In this document: in pieces, positions 9,516 to 18,857 of the stretch | Layout: every line of letters starts with the position of its first letter | How positions within the stretch are numbered: the stretch's first letter is position 1 | DNA from: Pseudomonas aeruginosa PAO1 | GTDB lineage: Bacteria; Pseudomonadota; Gammaproteobacteria; Pseudomonadales; Pseudomonadaceae | Assembly: GCF_000006765.1 (NCBI RefSeq) | Contig: NC_002516.2 | DNA length: 64,000 nt | Reading direction: 5' to 3' (one strand) | The notes under the pieces: generated by a model | Seen by the model: the letters and a program-made list of their open reading frames with translations, nothing else | What the model was told of the DNA's origin: nothing | The model's database searches: none | Made by a program: the position numbers and the translations under genes

Positions 9516-9689
9516 ATGTCAAATCAACAGGCCAGACTGTCATCGGGCGGCGTGCCGCTGGAGCGCGCGCCGGGCGCCTCCCGTTCGCGGTCGCGCGACG
9601 GCGCTCTGGTCCCCGACACGCCTTCCCGTTCGCCTGCCGGCCCCGCCGCGGGCGGCACGCTGGCGCGGACCCATCCCGGCAACTGGTAA
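9516..9689 (+). CDS. Small ORF (57 aa, MSNQQARLSSGG...THPGNW), below the ORF-track cutoff
   Basis: SD-like GGGGGA before ATG 9516. TAA at 9687-9689 is immediately followed by the GGAGG SD of the next gene. Confidence 0.45.
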   Translation: MSNQQARLSSGGVPLERAPGASRSRSRDGALVPDTPSRSPAGPAAGGTLARTHPGNW

Positions 9690-9704
9690 TCGGAGGCAGG
9701 GCAC

Positions 9705-10112
9705 ATGCGTCACCCTTACACCCCACAGCGGCCGGCCGGCGTCTCGGCGCCGCCGGCCCTTCCACTCCTGGTGCCGCTTGCGCAGCGGCGAATCCATGTC
9801 GAGGAGGCAGAGAGCATGCCAGCGTTCAATCGGGCCAGTCACCTGGTCAGCATTCGCGCCCGCAGCGGCCAGTCGCACCGCCTCGGCCTGCGCCTGCAAG
9901 AGCTGGCGCAGGCGGGCCAGGCCGCGCCCGGTTGCCTGCGCTACGAACTGCGCCAGGCGGACGGGGACGCCGACCTGTGGCTGTTGCACAGCGAGTGGAG
10001 CGATGAAGCTGCCATGCAGGCGTACCTGTCCGGCGACGCCCAGCGGGTCTTCGCCGAGGTGCTCTGGCAAGCGCTGGCGGCGACCCTGGACGTGCAGGAG
10101 CGGCCGTTCTGA
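9705..10112 (+). CDS. ABM-family (antibiotic biosynthesis/quinol monooxygenase) protein
   Basis: ABM-like core APGCLRYELRQ...WLLHSEWSDEAAMQAYL. An alternative start at 9816 also has an SD (GAGGAG). Confidence 0.82.
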   Translation: MRHPYTPQRPAGVSAPPALPLLVPLAQRRIHVEEAESMPAFNRASHLVSIRARSGQSHRLGLRLQELAQAGQAAPGCLRYELRQADGDADLWLLHSEWSDEAAMQAYLSGDAQRVFAEVLWQALAATLDVQERPF

Positions 10113-10169
10113 AACCGGGCGGGCGGATGACGCGGCGCGGCGTCCGCCCGTCCCCCTTGTTCTGGCCTC

Positions 10170-12164
10170 TCAGCGACCCGGCGCGACCGGCGACTGGTCC
10201 GCTCGTTCGTCTTCGACGTCGCGATGTCGCTCGAAGGCGGTCGCCGGCGAGCCATCGGCATTGACCTGCAACACCGCGCGCGGACGGCCGTCCTCGCCAA
10301 TGAATACCTGGCCGATCCCGGCGCTGTTCCACAGGCGCTCGCCGGCCTGGCTGTGCTGCGGAACGCGCGGGCGGATTTCCAGGCTGCGCCGCTGGGTCAG
10401 CCAGTTCAGCGGCGACCAGGGCGCATAGAGCCAGCGATTGAGGCGGTCGAACCAGTCCAGCAGGCGTCGCGGGAATTCGTTCTTGATCCCGCTGCTGGTG
10501 ATCTGCCAGAGCCGTGGCCCGCGCTCGCGATGGCGAATCCGGATGTCGTAGACGAAGGAGTAATGCACGTCGCCGGAAAGGATCAGGTAGTTACCCGGCG
10601 TACGCGAGTGGCGGAAGATGTTCATCATCACCGAGGCCGCGCCGCGATGGGCCATCCAGTTTTCCGCATCGACCAGCAGCGGCTGGCCGATCCAACTGAA
10701 AAGCTTCTGTACGCCCTCGATCAGCTTGACCCCGAACATCGGCGCCGGCGACACGATGATCGCCGCCTTTTCGCCGAGCAGGTCCTGCTGGAATTCACTC
10801 AGTGCCTCCCAGTCCATCAGCCCGGAGGGCCGGCCCAGGTTGCGCTCGCTACGCCAGCGGCGGGTGCGCGTGTCGAGGACGATCAGGGTCGGGCTGCCAG
10901 GCAACCGGTAGTGCCAGTGCTGGAAGTCGAGCAGGGCATCGAGCAGGCGGTCCTGCTCGGCGCAGGGCAGCCGGCCGTCTGCCGCGGCACCCTCCATCAG
11001 GGCCGCGACCGGCGCCAGCCATTCGCCGCAATGCTGCGGGTCGTTGCCCCAGCCCTGGCAGAGCAGGTAGGCGAGCAGGGCGTTGCCGATGATCCGCCGG
11101 GAGAACGGATGGCCGTAGGCGGTCAGCTCCCAGCGTGCTGAAAGGTTCCAGTCGTCGGTGATGTCGTGGTCGTCGAAGATCATCAGCGACGAGATATGCG
11201 CCAGCGCCCGCGCCACGCGGGGCAGGCCATCGCGGAAGGCTTCGATGTGCCGGCGCTCGCCGGCGAAGCGCTGCGCGTGCCGCGCATCCAGCCCCGGCGG
11301 CGGTTCCAGCCTGACCAGGCGCCAGGGCGCCGGCGACCAGACCAGCAGGTACATCGCCAGCACCTCGGCCAGGCCGACCAGATGGTTGTGGGCGTTGGCC
11401 GAGGTGAAGATCGGCTTCTTCACCCCGCCGAAGAAGCGCTCGCGCAGGGCTTCGTTGGACTCGAAGGCGGGCAGCAAGTCCTCGCGCCGGTAGTAGGTGG
11501 CCGGGTGCGCGTAGAGTGCCTCGCTGTCGTTCACCAGTGCGCCTTCCAGGTGTTCGCCGTACAGGCCGAGGCGGTGGATCAACCCATGGATGGCCACCAG
11601 CATCGGCCCGGCGACGTCGTCGGCGTAGACCTGGTCGCCGCTCATCATCAGCAACGCCGGGCGGCTTTCGGCCTGCAGCAGGTTTTCCTCCAGCAGCCGG
11701 TCGACCTGCAGTAGGCCATCGGCCGCTGGGTGATGCGGCTTGCGGCAGGAGCCGTGGAGCAACTGGTCGAGACGTGGCTTGAGCACCAGGCTGGCGCGCT
11801 GGCGACCGGGGTAGAGCAGATGCGGTGCCCATTCGGCGATTCCCGCAGGCTCCCGGCCGTCGGCGGCGAGGCGCAGGTCGTAGTCGACCAGGCGGGCGCA
11901 GGGCAACGGCGGGTCGAGCGCGACATCCAGCAGGTGCAGCCAGGCATGGGTGCCGATGCGGATGGCCGAGTGGGTTCCTTCCGCGAGGCGGACCCGACGC
12001 TCCGCCTCGCCTTCGCTGGCGAGGATCAGTTCGATGGTCGTCGGGCATGACGTGGCCAGCCAGAACACCAGGCGTCCGGGCTCTGCGCGGCGCAGCAGGG
12101 GACCGGCCAGGACCAGGGGCAGGGCTTCGTCAGGCGGGGTGTCGTTGGGGAGCGAGGCGGACAT
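10170..12164 (-). CDS. PhoD-like metallophosphoesterase, 664 aa, no obvious signal peptide
   Basis: Motifs GSCRKP, MSGDQVYADD, FDDHDITDDWN, LDTRTRR and LSGDVHYS. Confidence 0.82.
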   Translation of the reverse strand: MSASLPNDTPPDEALPLVLAGPLLRRAEPGRLVFWLATSCPTTIELILASEGEAERRVRLAEGTHSAIRIGTHAWLHLLDVALDPPLPCARLVDYDLRLAADGREPAGIAEWAPHLLYPGRQRASLVLKPRLDQLLHGSCRKPHHPAADGLLQVDRLLEENLLQAESRPALLMMSGDQVYADDVAGPMLVAIHGLIHRLGLYGEHLEGALVNDSEALYAHPATYYRREDLLPAFESNEALRERFFGGVKKPIFTSANAHNHLVGLAEVLAMYLLVWSPAPWRLVRLEPPPGLDARHAQRFAGERRHIEAFRDGLPRVARALAHISSLMIFDDHDITDDWNLSARWELTAYGHPFSRRIIGNALLAYLLCQGWGNDPQHCGEWLAPVAALMEGAAADGRLPCAEQDRLLDALLDFQHWHYRLPGSPTLIVLDTRTRRWRSERNLGRPSGLMDWEALSEFQQDLLGEKAAIIVSPAPMFGVKLIEGVQKLFSWIGQPLLVDAENWMAHRGAASVMMNIFRHSRTPGNYLILSGDVHYSFVYDIRIRHRERGPRLWQITSSGIKNEFPRRLLDWFDRLNRWLYAPWSPLNWLTQRRSLEIRPRVPQHSQAGERLWNSAGIGQVFIGEDGRPRAVLQVNADGSPATAFERHRDVEDERADQSPVAPGR

Positions 12165-12491
12165 TGGTACGGGCGTTGTCGACGCGGCGAAACAAGCTGA
12201 CGAGTATGCCGCTTTCGGCGGATCGCGGCGTTGCTATTTCGTAAGGAATGACGACAGTCGTCGCGGGATGGCGATCTTCTAATGCCAAAAAGTTAAGTAC
12301 ACCTTAATTAATATTCTTTTTTGCGTTCGGGCTTCTGCGGCATATTGCCTTCCGCGCAGGCCCGGCGGCCTGCCATCGCTGTTTGCGGGAGGGACACGTG
12401 CAATCCGACGTCGGCGCCGCCTCCCGCCGATCAAGGTTTCGCCTGCCACCCCGACGCCCGGTGGCGCAGGCCCGTAGCACGAGAGTGCGGA

Positions 12492-12998
12492 ATGGGCATG
12501 GATCAGACACGCAATCGCCTCGTCGGCCTGATGTTCCAGAACGACTATTCCTGGCTGAGCGGGCGCCTGCGGCGCTACCTCGGCTGCCCCCACAGCGCCG
12601 AGGACATCGCCTCGGAAACCTTCCTCAAGGTCCTTGCCCTGCCGGACCCGGCAAGCATCCGCGAGCCGCGCGCGCTGCTCACCACCATCGCCCGCCGGCT
12701 GATGTACGACGGCTGGCGGCGCCAGGACCTGGAACGCGCCTACCTGGAAAGCCTGGCCGGGCTTCCGGAGGCCCTCGCGCCGTCCGCCGAGGAGCAGGCC
12801 CAGGTGGTGGAAACCCTGCTGCGCCTGGAGCGCATGCTCGCCGGGCTGTCGCCGAAGGCCCGCGCCGCCTTCATCCATAGCCAGATCGGCGGACTGACCT
12901 ACGTGGAGATCGCCTGCTTGCTGGAGGTTTCCGTCAGCCGCATCCACCAGTACATGGTCGAGGGCTTCAAGCAGTGCTACCAGGTGCTTGCCGAATGA
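12492..12998 (+). CDS. FecI-like ECF sigma factor, 168 aa
   Basis: Region 2 AEDIASETFLK and region 4 GLTYVEIACLLEVSVSRIHQYM. It overlaps the anti-sigma start (ATGA). Confidence 0.9.
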   Translation: MGMDQTRNRLVGLMFQNDYSWLSGRLRRYLGCPHSAEDIASETFLKVLALPDPASIREPRALLTTIARRLMYDGWRRQDLERAYLESLAGLPEALAPSAEEQAQVVETLLRLERMLAGLSPKARAAFIHSQIGGLTYVEIACLLEVSVSRIHQYMVEGFKQCYQVLAE

Positions 12999-13948
12999 GC
13001 CAGGGAAGGCGAGAACGCATCCTCGACGAAGCGGCGCAGTGGATGGCGCTGCTGCAATCCGGCCATGCCGGCGCCGAGGAGCGCCTGGCGTTCCAGCAGT
13101 GGCGCCAGGCCGATGCCGAGCACGGTGCGGTGTTCGACCGGCTCAGCCTGGGCTTGCAGTCGTTTCGCAACGAGCCCCTGCACGGCTTGCGCGCCGAGCA
13201 ATTGATCGGAGCCCTCGAGGCGCCGTCCGCTCGTCGCCGGTTTCTCCAGCGCAGCCTCGCCCTGGCGGCGTTCGGCGTGGCGACGCTGGCGCTGGGGCGG
13301 ATCGGCATCGTCGGCTTCCCCTGGCCCGGCGACCTGTACACCGGCACCGGACAACGCCAGAGCTTCCGCCTGGAGGATGGCAGCCAACTGGTGCTGGACG
13401 CGCGCAGCCGGGTACGCCCCGAATTCGATGGCTACCGGCGTCGCCTGCGCTTACGCGAGGGCCGCCTGCTGGTTGACGTGGCACGGGATCCGGCGCGGCC
13501 TTTCGTCGTCGACACCGGGCGTGGCCAGGTCGAGGCGCAGGGAACCCGCTTCCAGGTCAGCGATGACGGCGCCAGCTCGCGAGTGGTGGTGCTCGAGTCG
13601 CGGGTGCGGATCACCACTGCCGACGGACGGCAATGCCTGTTGGAGCGCGGCCAGAGCGCCCGTTTCGACGCCTCGGCGATTCTCGCCCGAGGTCCTGCCG
13701 AAGGCGGCGAGAGCGCCTGGCTGGATGGCCGGCTGGAGGTCCGCGACCGCCCGCTGGGGGAGGTGCTGGAAGCGTTGCGCGCCTATCGCCGCGGCATCAT
13801 CAGCGTCGCCGACGACGCGGCGGCGCTGCGCGTCAGTGGCATCTACCCGCTGGACGACAGCGGCGTGGCGCTGGCATTGCTGGAGCAGAGCCTACCGATC
13901 CGGCTCGACTACCACGGGCCCTACTGGGTCAGCATCGCCAGCCGCTGA
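12995..13948 (+). CDS. FecR-like anti-sigma/transmembrane sensor, 317 aa
   Basis: EAAQWMALL N-terminal domain, a TM segment, then TGTGQRQSFRLEDGSQLVLDARS and the GTRF motif. Confidence 0.9.
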   Translation: MSQGRRERILDEAAQWMALLQSGHAGAEERLAFQQWRQADAEHGAVFDRLSLGLQSFRNEPLHGLRAEQLIGALEAPSARRRFLQRSLALAAFGVATLALGRIGIVGFPWPGDLYTGTGQRQSFRLEDGSQLVLDARSRVRPEFDGYRRRLRLREGRLLVDVARDPARPFVVDTGRGQVEAQGTRFQVSDDGASSRVVVLESRVRITTADGRQCLLERGQSARFDASAILARGPAEGGESAWLDGRLEVRDRPLGEVLEALRAYRRGIISVADDAAALRVSGIYPLDDSGVALALLEQSLPIRLDYHGPYWVSIASR

Positions 13949-13985
13949 GGCGCGCGCCCGGCGGCGAGCCGGGCGGCGCGACGCT

Positions 13986-14456
13986 TCAGAACGGCTTGGT
14001 CGGCAGGTACTTGCCGTCGAGGGTGATCACCGCCCGCGAGCCGCCTTCCGGGTCCTCGACCTTCTTGATGTCCAGCTTGAAGTTGATCGCGCTGATGATG
14101 CCGTCGCCGAACTGTTCGTGGACCAGCGCCTTCAGGGTGCTGCCGTAGACTTGCAGCATCTCGTAGAAGCGATAGATGGTCGGGTCGCTGGGAATGCCGC
14201 CGGGAATGCTGCCGCGCAGCGGGATGCTTTGCAGCAGGAGCACCGCGTCGTCGTCCAGGCCGAGTTGGGCGGCGACCTTGCGCGCCGCCGCCTCTGGCAG
14301 GGCATGCTGGCCGAGCAGGGCGGCGGTGACGAAGGTCAGGGCGAGACCGGTGCCGTCGGCCAGGTCCTGCCAGGACAGGCCCAGGCGGGCCTTGTTCAGG
14401 ACCACGGTCTCGGCCAGTTGCTGGCGCGCGTTGGGGGACACTTGGCTGTGTTGCAT
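13986..14456 (-). CDS. cynS: Cyanase, 156 aa
   Basis: Motifs [26 protein letters not shown] and ITLDGKYLP. Confidence 0.96.
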   Translation of the reverse strand: MQHSQVSPNARQQLAETVVLNKARLGLSWQDLADGTGLALTFVTAALLGQHALPEAAARKVAAQLGLDDDAVLLLQSIPLRGSIPGGIPSDPTIYRFYEMLQVYGSTLKALVHEQFGDGIISAINFKLDIKKVEDPEGGSRAVITLDGKYLPTKPF

Positions 14457-14495
14457 GAGATGACTCTCCTTGCGGGTGGTTGTGAGGGAAGGGAT

Positions 14496-15158
14496 TCAGG
14501 CGACCGCCTGCCCGGGTTCGCCGCCTACCGCGCGCACTTCGGGATGCTCGGCGAGGGAGACGAAGCGCCGGCTGGCGCCGTCGAGGGCGTCGATGCGGCC
14601 GCTTTCGATGTCGTAGACCCAGCCGTGCAGGTTCAGCCGACCCTGCTCCAGGGCGCGGGCGACGCAGGGGTGGGTGCGCAGGTTGGCCAGTTGGGCGATC
14701 ACGTTGTGCCGCACCAGGGCGTCCAGCCGCGCCGCCTCGGAGGCGTGTTCGTGGGCGCTGTTCATCGCCCGTGCGGCCTCGGCGTGGTGCAACCAGCCGG
14801 CCACCGCCGGCAGCTGGTCGAGACAGGCGCAGGAAGCGATGGCGCCCATCGCGCCGCAGTCCGAGTGGCCGCAGACCACGATGTCGCCGACCCCGAGCAC
14901 CGCCACCGCGTATTCCACCGAGGCGCTGACCCCGCCGGGCTGCGGCCCGTAGCCGGGGACGATGTTGCCGGCATTACGGATCACGAAGAGTTCGCCGGGC
15001 TCGCGCTGGGTCAGCAGTTCGGGGACCACCCGGCTGTCCGAGCAGGCGATGAACAGTGCCTTGGGGGCTTGCCGGGTGGCCAGGGACTTGAACAGTTGCG
15101 AGCGCGCCGGGTAGGCGTCGCGCTGGAAGCGGAGAAAGCCGTCGATGATGTCACGCAT
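14496..15158 (-). CDS. cynT: Beta-class carbonic anhydrase, 220 aa
   Basis: Zn motifs ACSDSRV and CGHSDCGAM, plus RNAGNIV. Start at ATG 15158. Confidence 0.94.
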   Translation of the reverse strand: MRDIIDGFLRFQRDAYPARSQLFKSLATRQAPKALFIACSDSRVVPELLTQREPGELFVIRNAGNIVPGYGPQPGGVSASVEYAVAVLGVGDIVVCGHSDCGAMGAIASCACLDQLPAVAGWLHHAEAARAMNSAHEHASEAARLDALVRHNVIAQLANLRTHPCVARALEQGRLNLHGWVYDIESGRIDALDGASRRFVSLAEHPEVRAVGGEPGQAVA

Positions 15159-15272
15159 GGCGCTGGGCTCCTGGCCGTCGAATGGTGGGGCCAGGATGCG
15201 CGGATTGAGCCATAGGGTCCAAGACCGGTTTATTATTCCAGTCATTGGTCTGGTCTATAGTTGGATGTTTCC

Positions 15273-16160
15273 ATGCTGCTTCGCCACCTGCGCTACCTGC
15301 TCGCTGTCGCCGAGCATCGCAACTTCACCCGCGCCGCCGAGGCGCTGCACGTTTCGCAGCCGACCCTGTCGCAGCAGGTGCGGCAACTGGAAGAGCAACT
15401 GCGCGTGCAATTGCTCGACCGCTCCGGCAGGAGCGTGCGTCCCACCGATGCCGGCGAGCTGTACCTGCTTCATGCGCGGCGTGCCTTGCGCGAGCTGGAA
15501 GCGGCGCAACGAGCGATCCACGAGGTGCGCGACCTCAGTCGCGGCCGCCTGCGCCTGGGCATGACGCCGACCTTCACCTGCTATCTGGTGGGCGCCCTGG
15601 TGGATCCGTTCAATCAGCGCTATCCGGGCATCGAGTTGAGCCTCGAGGAGTTGCCCCAGGACGCCCTGGAGGCGGCGCTGATCGACGATCGCCTGGACCT
15701 TGGCGTGGCCTTCAGCGAGCCGGGTTCGGTGGAGATCGACAGCCAGCCGCTCTACCTGGAGCGCCTGGGCCTGGTGCTGGGGGCGGAACACCCGGCGGCG
15801 GACGCGCCGCTGGCCGCCGCAGCGCTGGCGGAGTTGCCGTTGGCGTTGTTGCGCGACGACTTCGCCACGCGCCGGCACATCGACGCTTACCTGCGCCAGC
15901 AAGGGGTGACGGCGCGGGTGGCGCTGGAGGCGAACTCGATCAGCGCCATCGTCGACGTGGTTCGCCGCGGAAGACTGGCCAGCATCCTGCCGGAGGCGGT
16001 GGCGCGCCAGCAGGCCGGGTTGCGCTGCGTGGCGCTGCGGCCGGCGCTGCCGACCCGCCAGGTAGCGCTGTTCTGGCGCCAGGGCAGCCACCCCGGTGCC
16101 GCGCGCCTGGCCTTCCAGGCCCTGGCGCTGGAACTCGGCGCCGAGCTGGGCGACGCCTGA
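15273..16160 (+). CDS. cynR: LysR regulator of the cyn operon, 295 aa
   Basis: LysR HTH NFTRAAEALHVSQPTLSQQVRQLE, divergent from cynTS. Confidence 0.9.
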   Translation: MLLRHLRYLLAVAEHRNFTRAAEALHVSQPTLSQQVRQLEEQLRVQLLDRSGRSVRPTDAGELYLLHARRALRELEAAQRAIHEVRDLSRGRLRLGMTPTFTCYLVGALVDPFNQRYPGIELSLEELPQDALEAALIDDRLDLGVAFSEPGSVEIDSQPLYLERLGLVLGAEHPAADAPLAAAALAELPLALLRDDFATRRHIDAYLRQQGVTARVALEANSISAIVDVVRRGRLASILPEAVARQQAGLRCVALRPALPTRQVALFWRQGSHPGAARLAFQALALELGAELGDA

Positions 16161-16166
16161 GCGGGA

Positions 16167-17582
16167 TCAGCCGCGACTCGGCTGCAACGCCGCGGGTTCC
16201 TCACGGCGCAGCCGCAAGGCCAGGGCGGCGCCGAACAGGGCGAGCAGGGCGCTGAGCGCGGTCACCCATTCGATGCCGCGCGCCTGGCTGGCCAGCAGGC
16301 TGGCGGCATCGGCGCCGCGCACCTGGGCGTTGGCCAGCGCCACCAGCAGGGCCAGGCCGAGCGCGCCGCCGATCTGCTGGGTCATCGAGGCCATCCCCGA
16401 GGCGACGCCCTGTTCGGCGGGATCGACGCCGCTGGCGGCGCTCACCCACATGGCGGTCCAGGTCATGCCCTGGCCGACGCTGAGGATCACGATGGCCGGC
16501 AGCAGCGCCAGGAAGCCGCGCCCCAGCGGCAGGCACGCTGCCAGCAGGCCGAGCCCGAGTGCGCCCAGCAGCAGGCCGGCGACCAGCGTCGCGCGTGCCC
16601 CGTGGCGGGCCAGCAGGCGCTCGGCGACGCGGATACCGAGGGTGCAGAGCAGAGTCGCCGGGAGGAACGCCAGGCCGGTCTGCAACACGCTGTAGCCGTA
16701 CACCGACTGGAAGTAGATGGCCAGGAAGTAGTACTGCACGCCGTAGCTGCTCATGAAGATCGCGGTCAGCAGCATCGCCACCTGCAGGTTGCGGTTGCCC
16801 AGCAGGCGCAGCGGCATCAGCGGGTCGCGGCTGTAGTGTTCGATGGCGAGGAACGCCAGTAGCAGCGGGACGGAAAGGTAAAGTCCGAAACGTACCGAGG
16901 GCGCATCCCAGCCCGACTCGGGGCCCTGGACCAGGGCGAAGACCAGCAGGGTGGCGCCGGCGGTGACCGTCAGCGCGCCGGCCAGGTCGAAGCGCCGACC
17001 GCGCTGGCGCCGGGCGTCGGCCGGGATCAGGCGCAGGGCGAGCAGCGCCGCGGCGCCGGCCAGCGGCACGTTGACCAGGAAGATCGAGGCCCAGCCGAAC
17101 AGCTCGGTGAGCGCGCCGCCGAGCGCCGAGCCGAGGGCCAGGCCGAACGCCGAGGCGATGCTCCAGATCGCCAGGGCACGATTGCGCGCCGGGCCCTCGG
17201 CGAAGTGATTGCCGATCAGCGCCAGGGTCGCCGGGAACAGCAGCGCGCCACCCAGGCCCTGCACGGCGCGGGCGAGGATCAACGGCAACTCGCTCTGGGC
17301 CAGCCCGCCCGCGAGGGAGGCGAGGGCGTACAGGCTTTGCCCGAGGACGTACATGCGGCGCCGGCCGAGCAGGTCGGTGGCGCGCCCGCCGAGCAGGAGG
17401 AAGCCGCCGAAGGCCACCGTATAGGCGCTCACCACCCATTGCAGGCGTTGCGCCGAAAAATCCAGCGCCCGGCTGATTTCCGGCAGAGCGACGAACACGA
17501 TGGTGGCGTCGAGGGCGATGATCAGTTGCGCGCAGGCGAGCAGGGCGAGCATCCAGTTGGAAGGGGCGGCACGGTCCGTCAC
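16167..17582 (-). CDS. MFS transporter (14-TMS DHA2-like), 471 aa
   Basis: Motifs ALDATIVFVALP, GGRATDLLGRRR and WASIFLVNVP. GTG start. Confidence 0.88.
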   Translation of the reverse strand: MTDRAAPSNWMLALLACAQLIIALDATIVFVALPEISRALDFSAQRLQWVVSAYTVAFGGFLLLGGRATDLLGRRRMYVLGQSLYALASLAGGLAQSELPLILARAVQGLGGALLFPATLALIGNHFAEGPARNRALAIWSIASAFGLALGSALGGALTELFGWASIFLVNVPLAGAAALLALRLIPADARRQRGRRFDLAGALTVTAGATLLVFALVQGPESGWDAPSVRFGLYLSVPLLLAFLAIEHYSRDPLMPLRLLGNRNLQVAMLLTAIFMSSYGVQYYFLAIYFQSVYGYSVLQTGLAFLPATLLCTLGIRVAERLLARHGARATLVAGLLLGALGLGLLAACLPLGRGFLALLPAIVILSVGQGMTWTAMWVSAASGVDPAEQGVASGMASMTQQIGGALGLALLVALANAQVRGADAASLLASQARGIEWVTALSALLALFGAALALRLRREEPAALQPSRG

Positions 17583-17692
17583 GGTGGGACTCCTGGTCTG
17601 GGTTGGGCGCGGCCAGTGTTTCTCATGCTGGAATCGTGATAAATAGCCTCTCCGTCCTTTCACTGATGAAAATAATCATCGATGAGATCGCC

Positions 17693-18595
17693 ATGGACCT
17701 GAATGCCGTCAAGTTGCTCGCCCGCGTGGCCGAGACCCGTAGCTTCACCCAGGCCGCCGTTTCTCTCGGTCTGACCCAGTCCGGCCTGTCGCGCGCCATC
17801 GGCCGGCTGGAAGCCGAACTCGGCGTGCGTCTGCTGCACCGCACCACCCGCAGCGTCAGCCTGACCCCGGACGGCCAGCTGTTCTACGAGCGCTGCGCAC
17901 CCTTGCTGGCGGAACTGGAGGAAGTCGAGAAGTTGCTGGTGGACCGCCAGTGCGCGCCGAGCGGTCCGCTGAAGATCACCACCCCGCAGGCGCTCGGGCG
18001 GATCGTGATCATGCCGGTGCTGCGCGAACTGACGCGGTGCTACCCGCAATTGCAGATCGAGGCGGCGATGACCGATCGCCTGGTCGACCTCACCGAGGAA
18101 GGCTTCGACGCCGCCGTGCGTCTCGGTCGGGTCGGCGACGTGCGCCTGATCGCCCGGCCATTGGCGGCGTTGCGCTGGGTCACGGTGGCGTCGCCGGAAT
18201 ACCTGCGTGGCCACGGCACGCCGGAGCGCCTGGAGCAACTCGCCGGGCACAACTGCCCGACGGTGCGCGACCTGCATACCGGCAAGCTGCTGGAATGGCA
18301 GTTCCAGCGCGACGGCCAGCCGCTGAGCCTGGCGGTGCGCGGCGACCTGGTGCTGGACGTGGCCGACGCGCTGGTCGACGCGGCGCTGGTCGGCCAGGGC
18401 ATCGTCCAGGTGATGGGCTTCATGGCCGAGGAGGCGATCCGCCGGCGTCGACTGGTACGCATCCTCCAGCCGTTCGAACCGCCGCTGTGCCCGGTGTCGC
18501 TGATCTACCCGCCGTCGCGGCAGTGCTCGCTGAAGATCGGCGCGCTCTACGAGGAACTGAAGAGCGCGCACTGGTGCGGGGCGCTGACGTACTGA
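17693..18595 (+). CDS. LysR-family regulator (CrgA-like), 300 aa
   Basis: HTH SFTQAAVSLGLTQSGLSRAIGRLE, divergent from the MFS gene. Confidence 0.9.
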   Translation: MDLNAVKLLARVAETRSFTQAAVSLGLTQSGLSRAIGRLEAELGVRLLHRTTRSVSLTPDGQLFYERCAPLLAELEEVEKLLVDRQCAPSGPLKITTPQALGRIVIMPVLRELTRCYPQLQIEAAMTDRLVDLTEEGFDAAVRLGRVGDVRLIARPLAALRWVTVASPEYLRGHGTPERLEQLAGHNCPTVRDLHTGKLLEWQFQRDGQPLSLAVRGDLVLDVADALVDAALVGQGIVQVMGFMAEEAIRRRRLVRILQPFEPPLCPVSLIYPPSRQCSLKIGALYEELKSAHWCGALTY

Positions 18596-18608
18596 CCCGA
18601 GGGCGGCA

Positions 18609-18756
18609 GGGCGGATAACGCCGTGTTCGGACCGGCGGATAGCCGCAAGCGGCTATTCGCCCTACACGGGGCAAGGCCGGTAGCCGAGCTTGGGGAAGAT
18701 TGTCGGGTAGGGCGAATAACGCCGGAGGCGTTATCCGCCGCTATGCCTATTCGCCC
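18609..18756. repeat. REP cluster including an inverted REP doublet (REPIN-like)
   Basis: GGCGGATAGCCGC-AA-GCGGCTATTCGCC-CTAC (18634-18665) and GTAG-GGCGAATAACGCC-GGA-GGCGTTATCCGCC (18707-18739), with partial copies on both sides. Confidence 0.8.
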
Positions 18757-18857
18757 GCGCTTATAAGCTCAGAACAAAGCGTTCCAAGCCTGCCATGCAA
18801 ATCTCCCGCGCTCATCGCTCATCCCCTGGAAACCATGTTTTCGGGGGGAACCGAACG

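Noticed and set aside
12280-12325. AT-rich tract upstream of the ECF sigma as a Fur box
   Set aside because: No convincing match to GATAATGATAATCATTATC.
16167-17582. MFS next to cynR as cynX
   Set aside because: It is a 14-TMS DHA2-like exporter paired with its own divergent LysR and is not in the cynTS transcript.
18609-18756. Inverted repeats as possible IS ends or an attachment site
   Set aside because: No transposase or integrase and no target duplication; they match dispersed REP elements.
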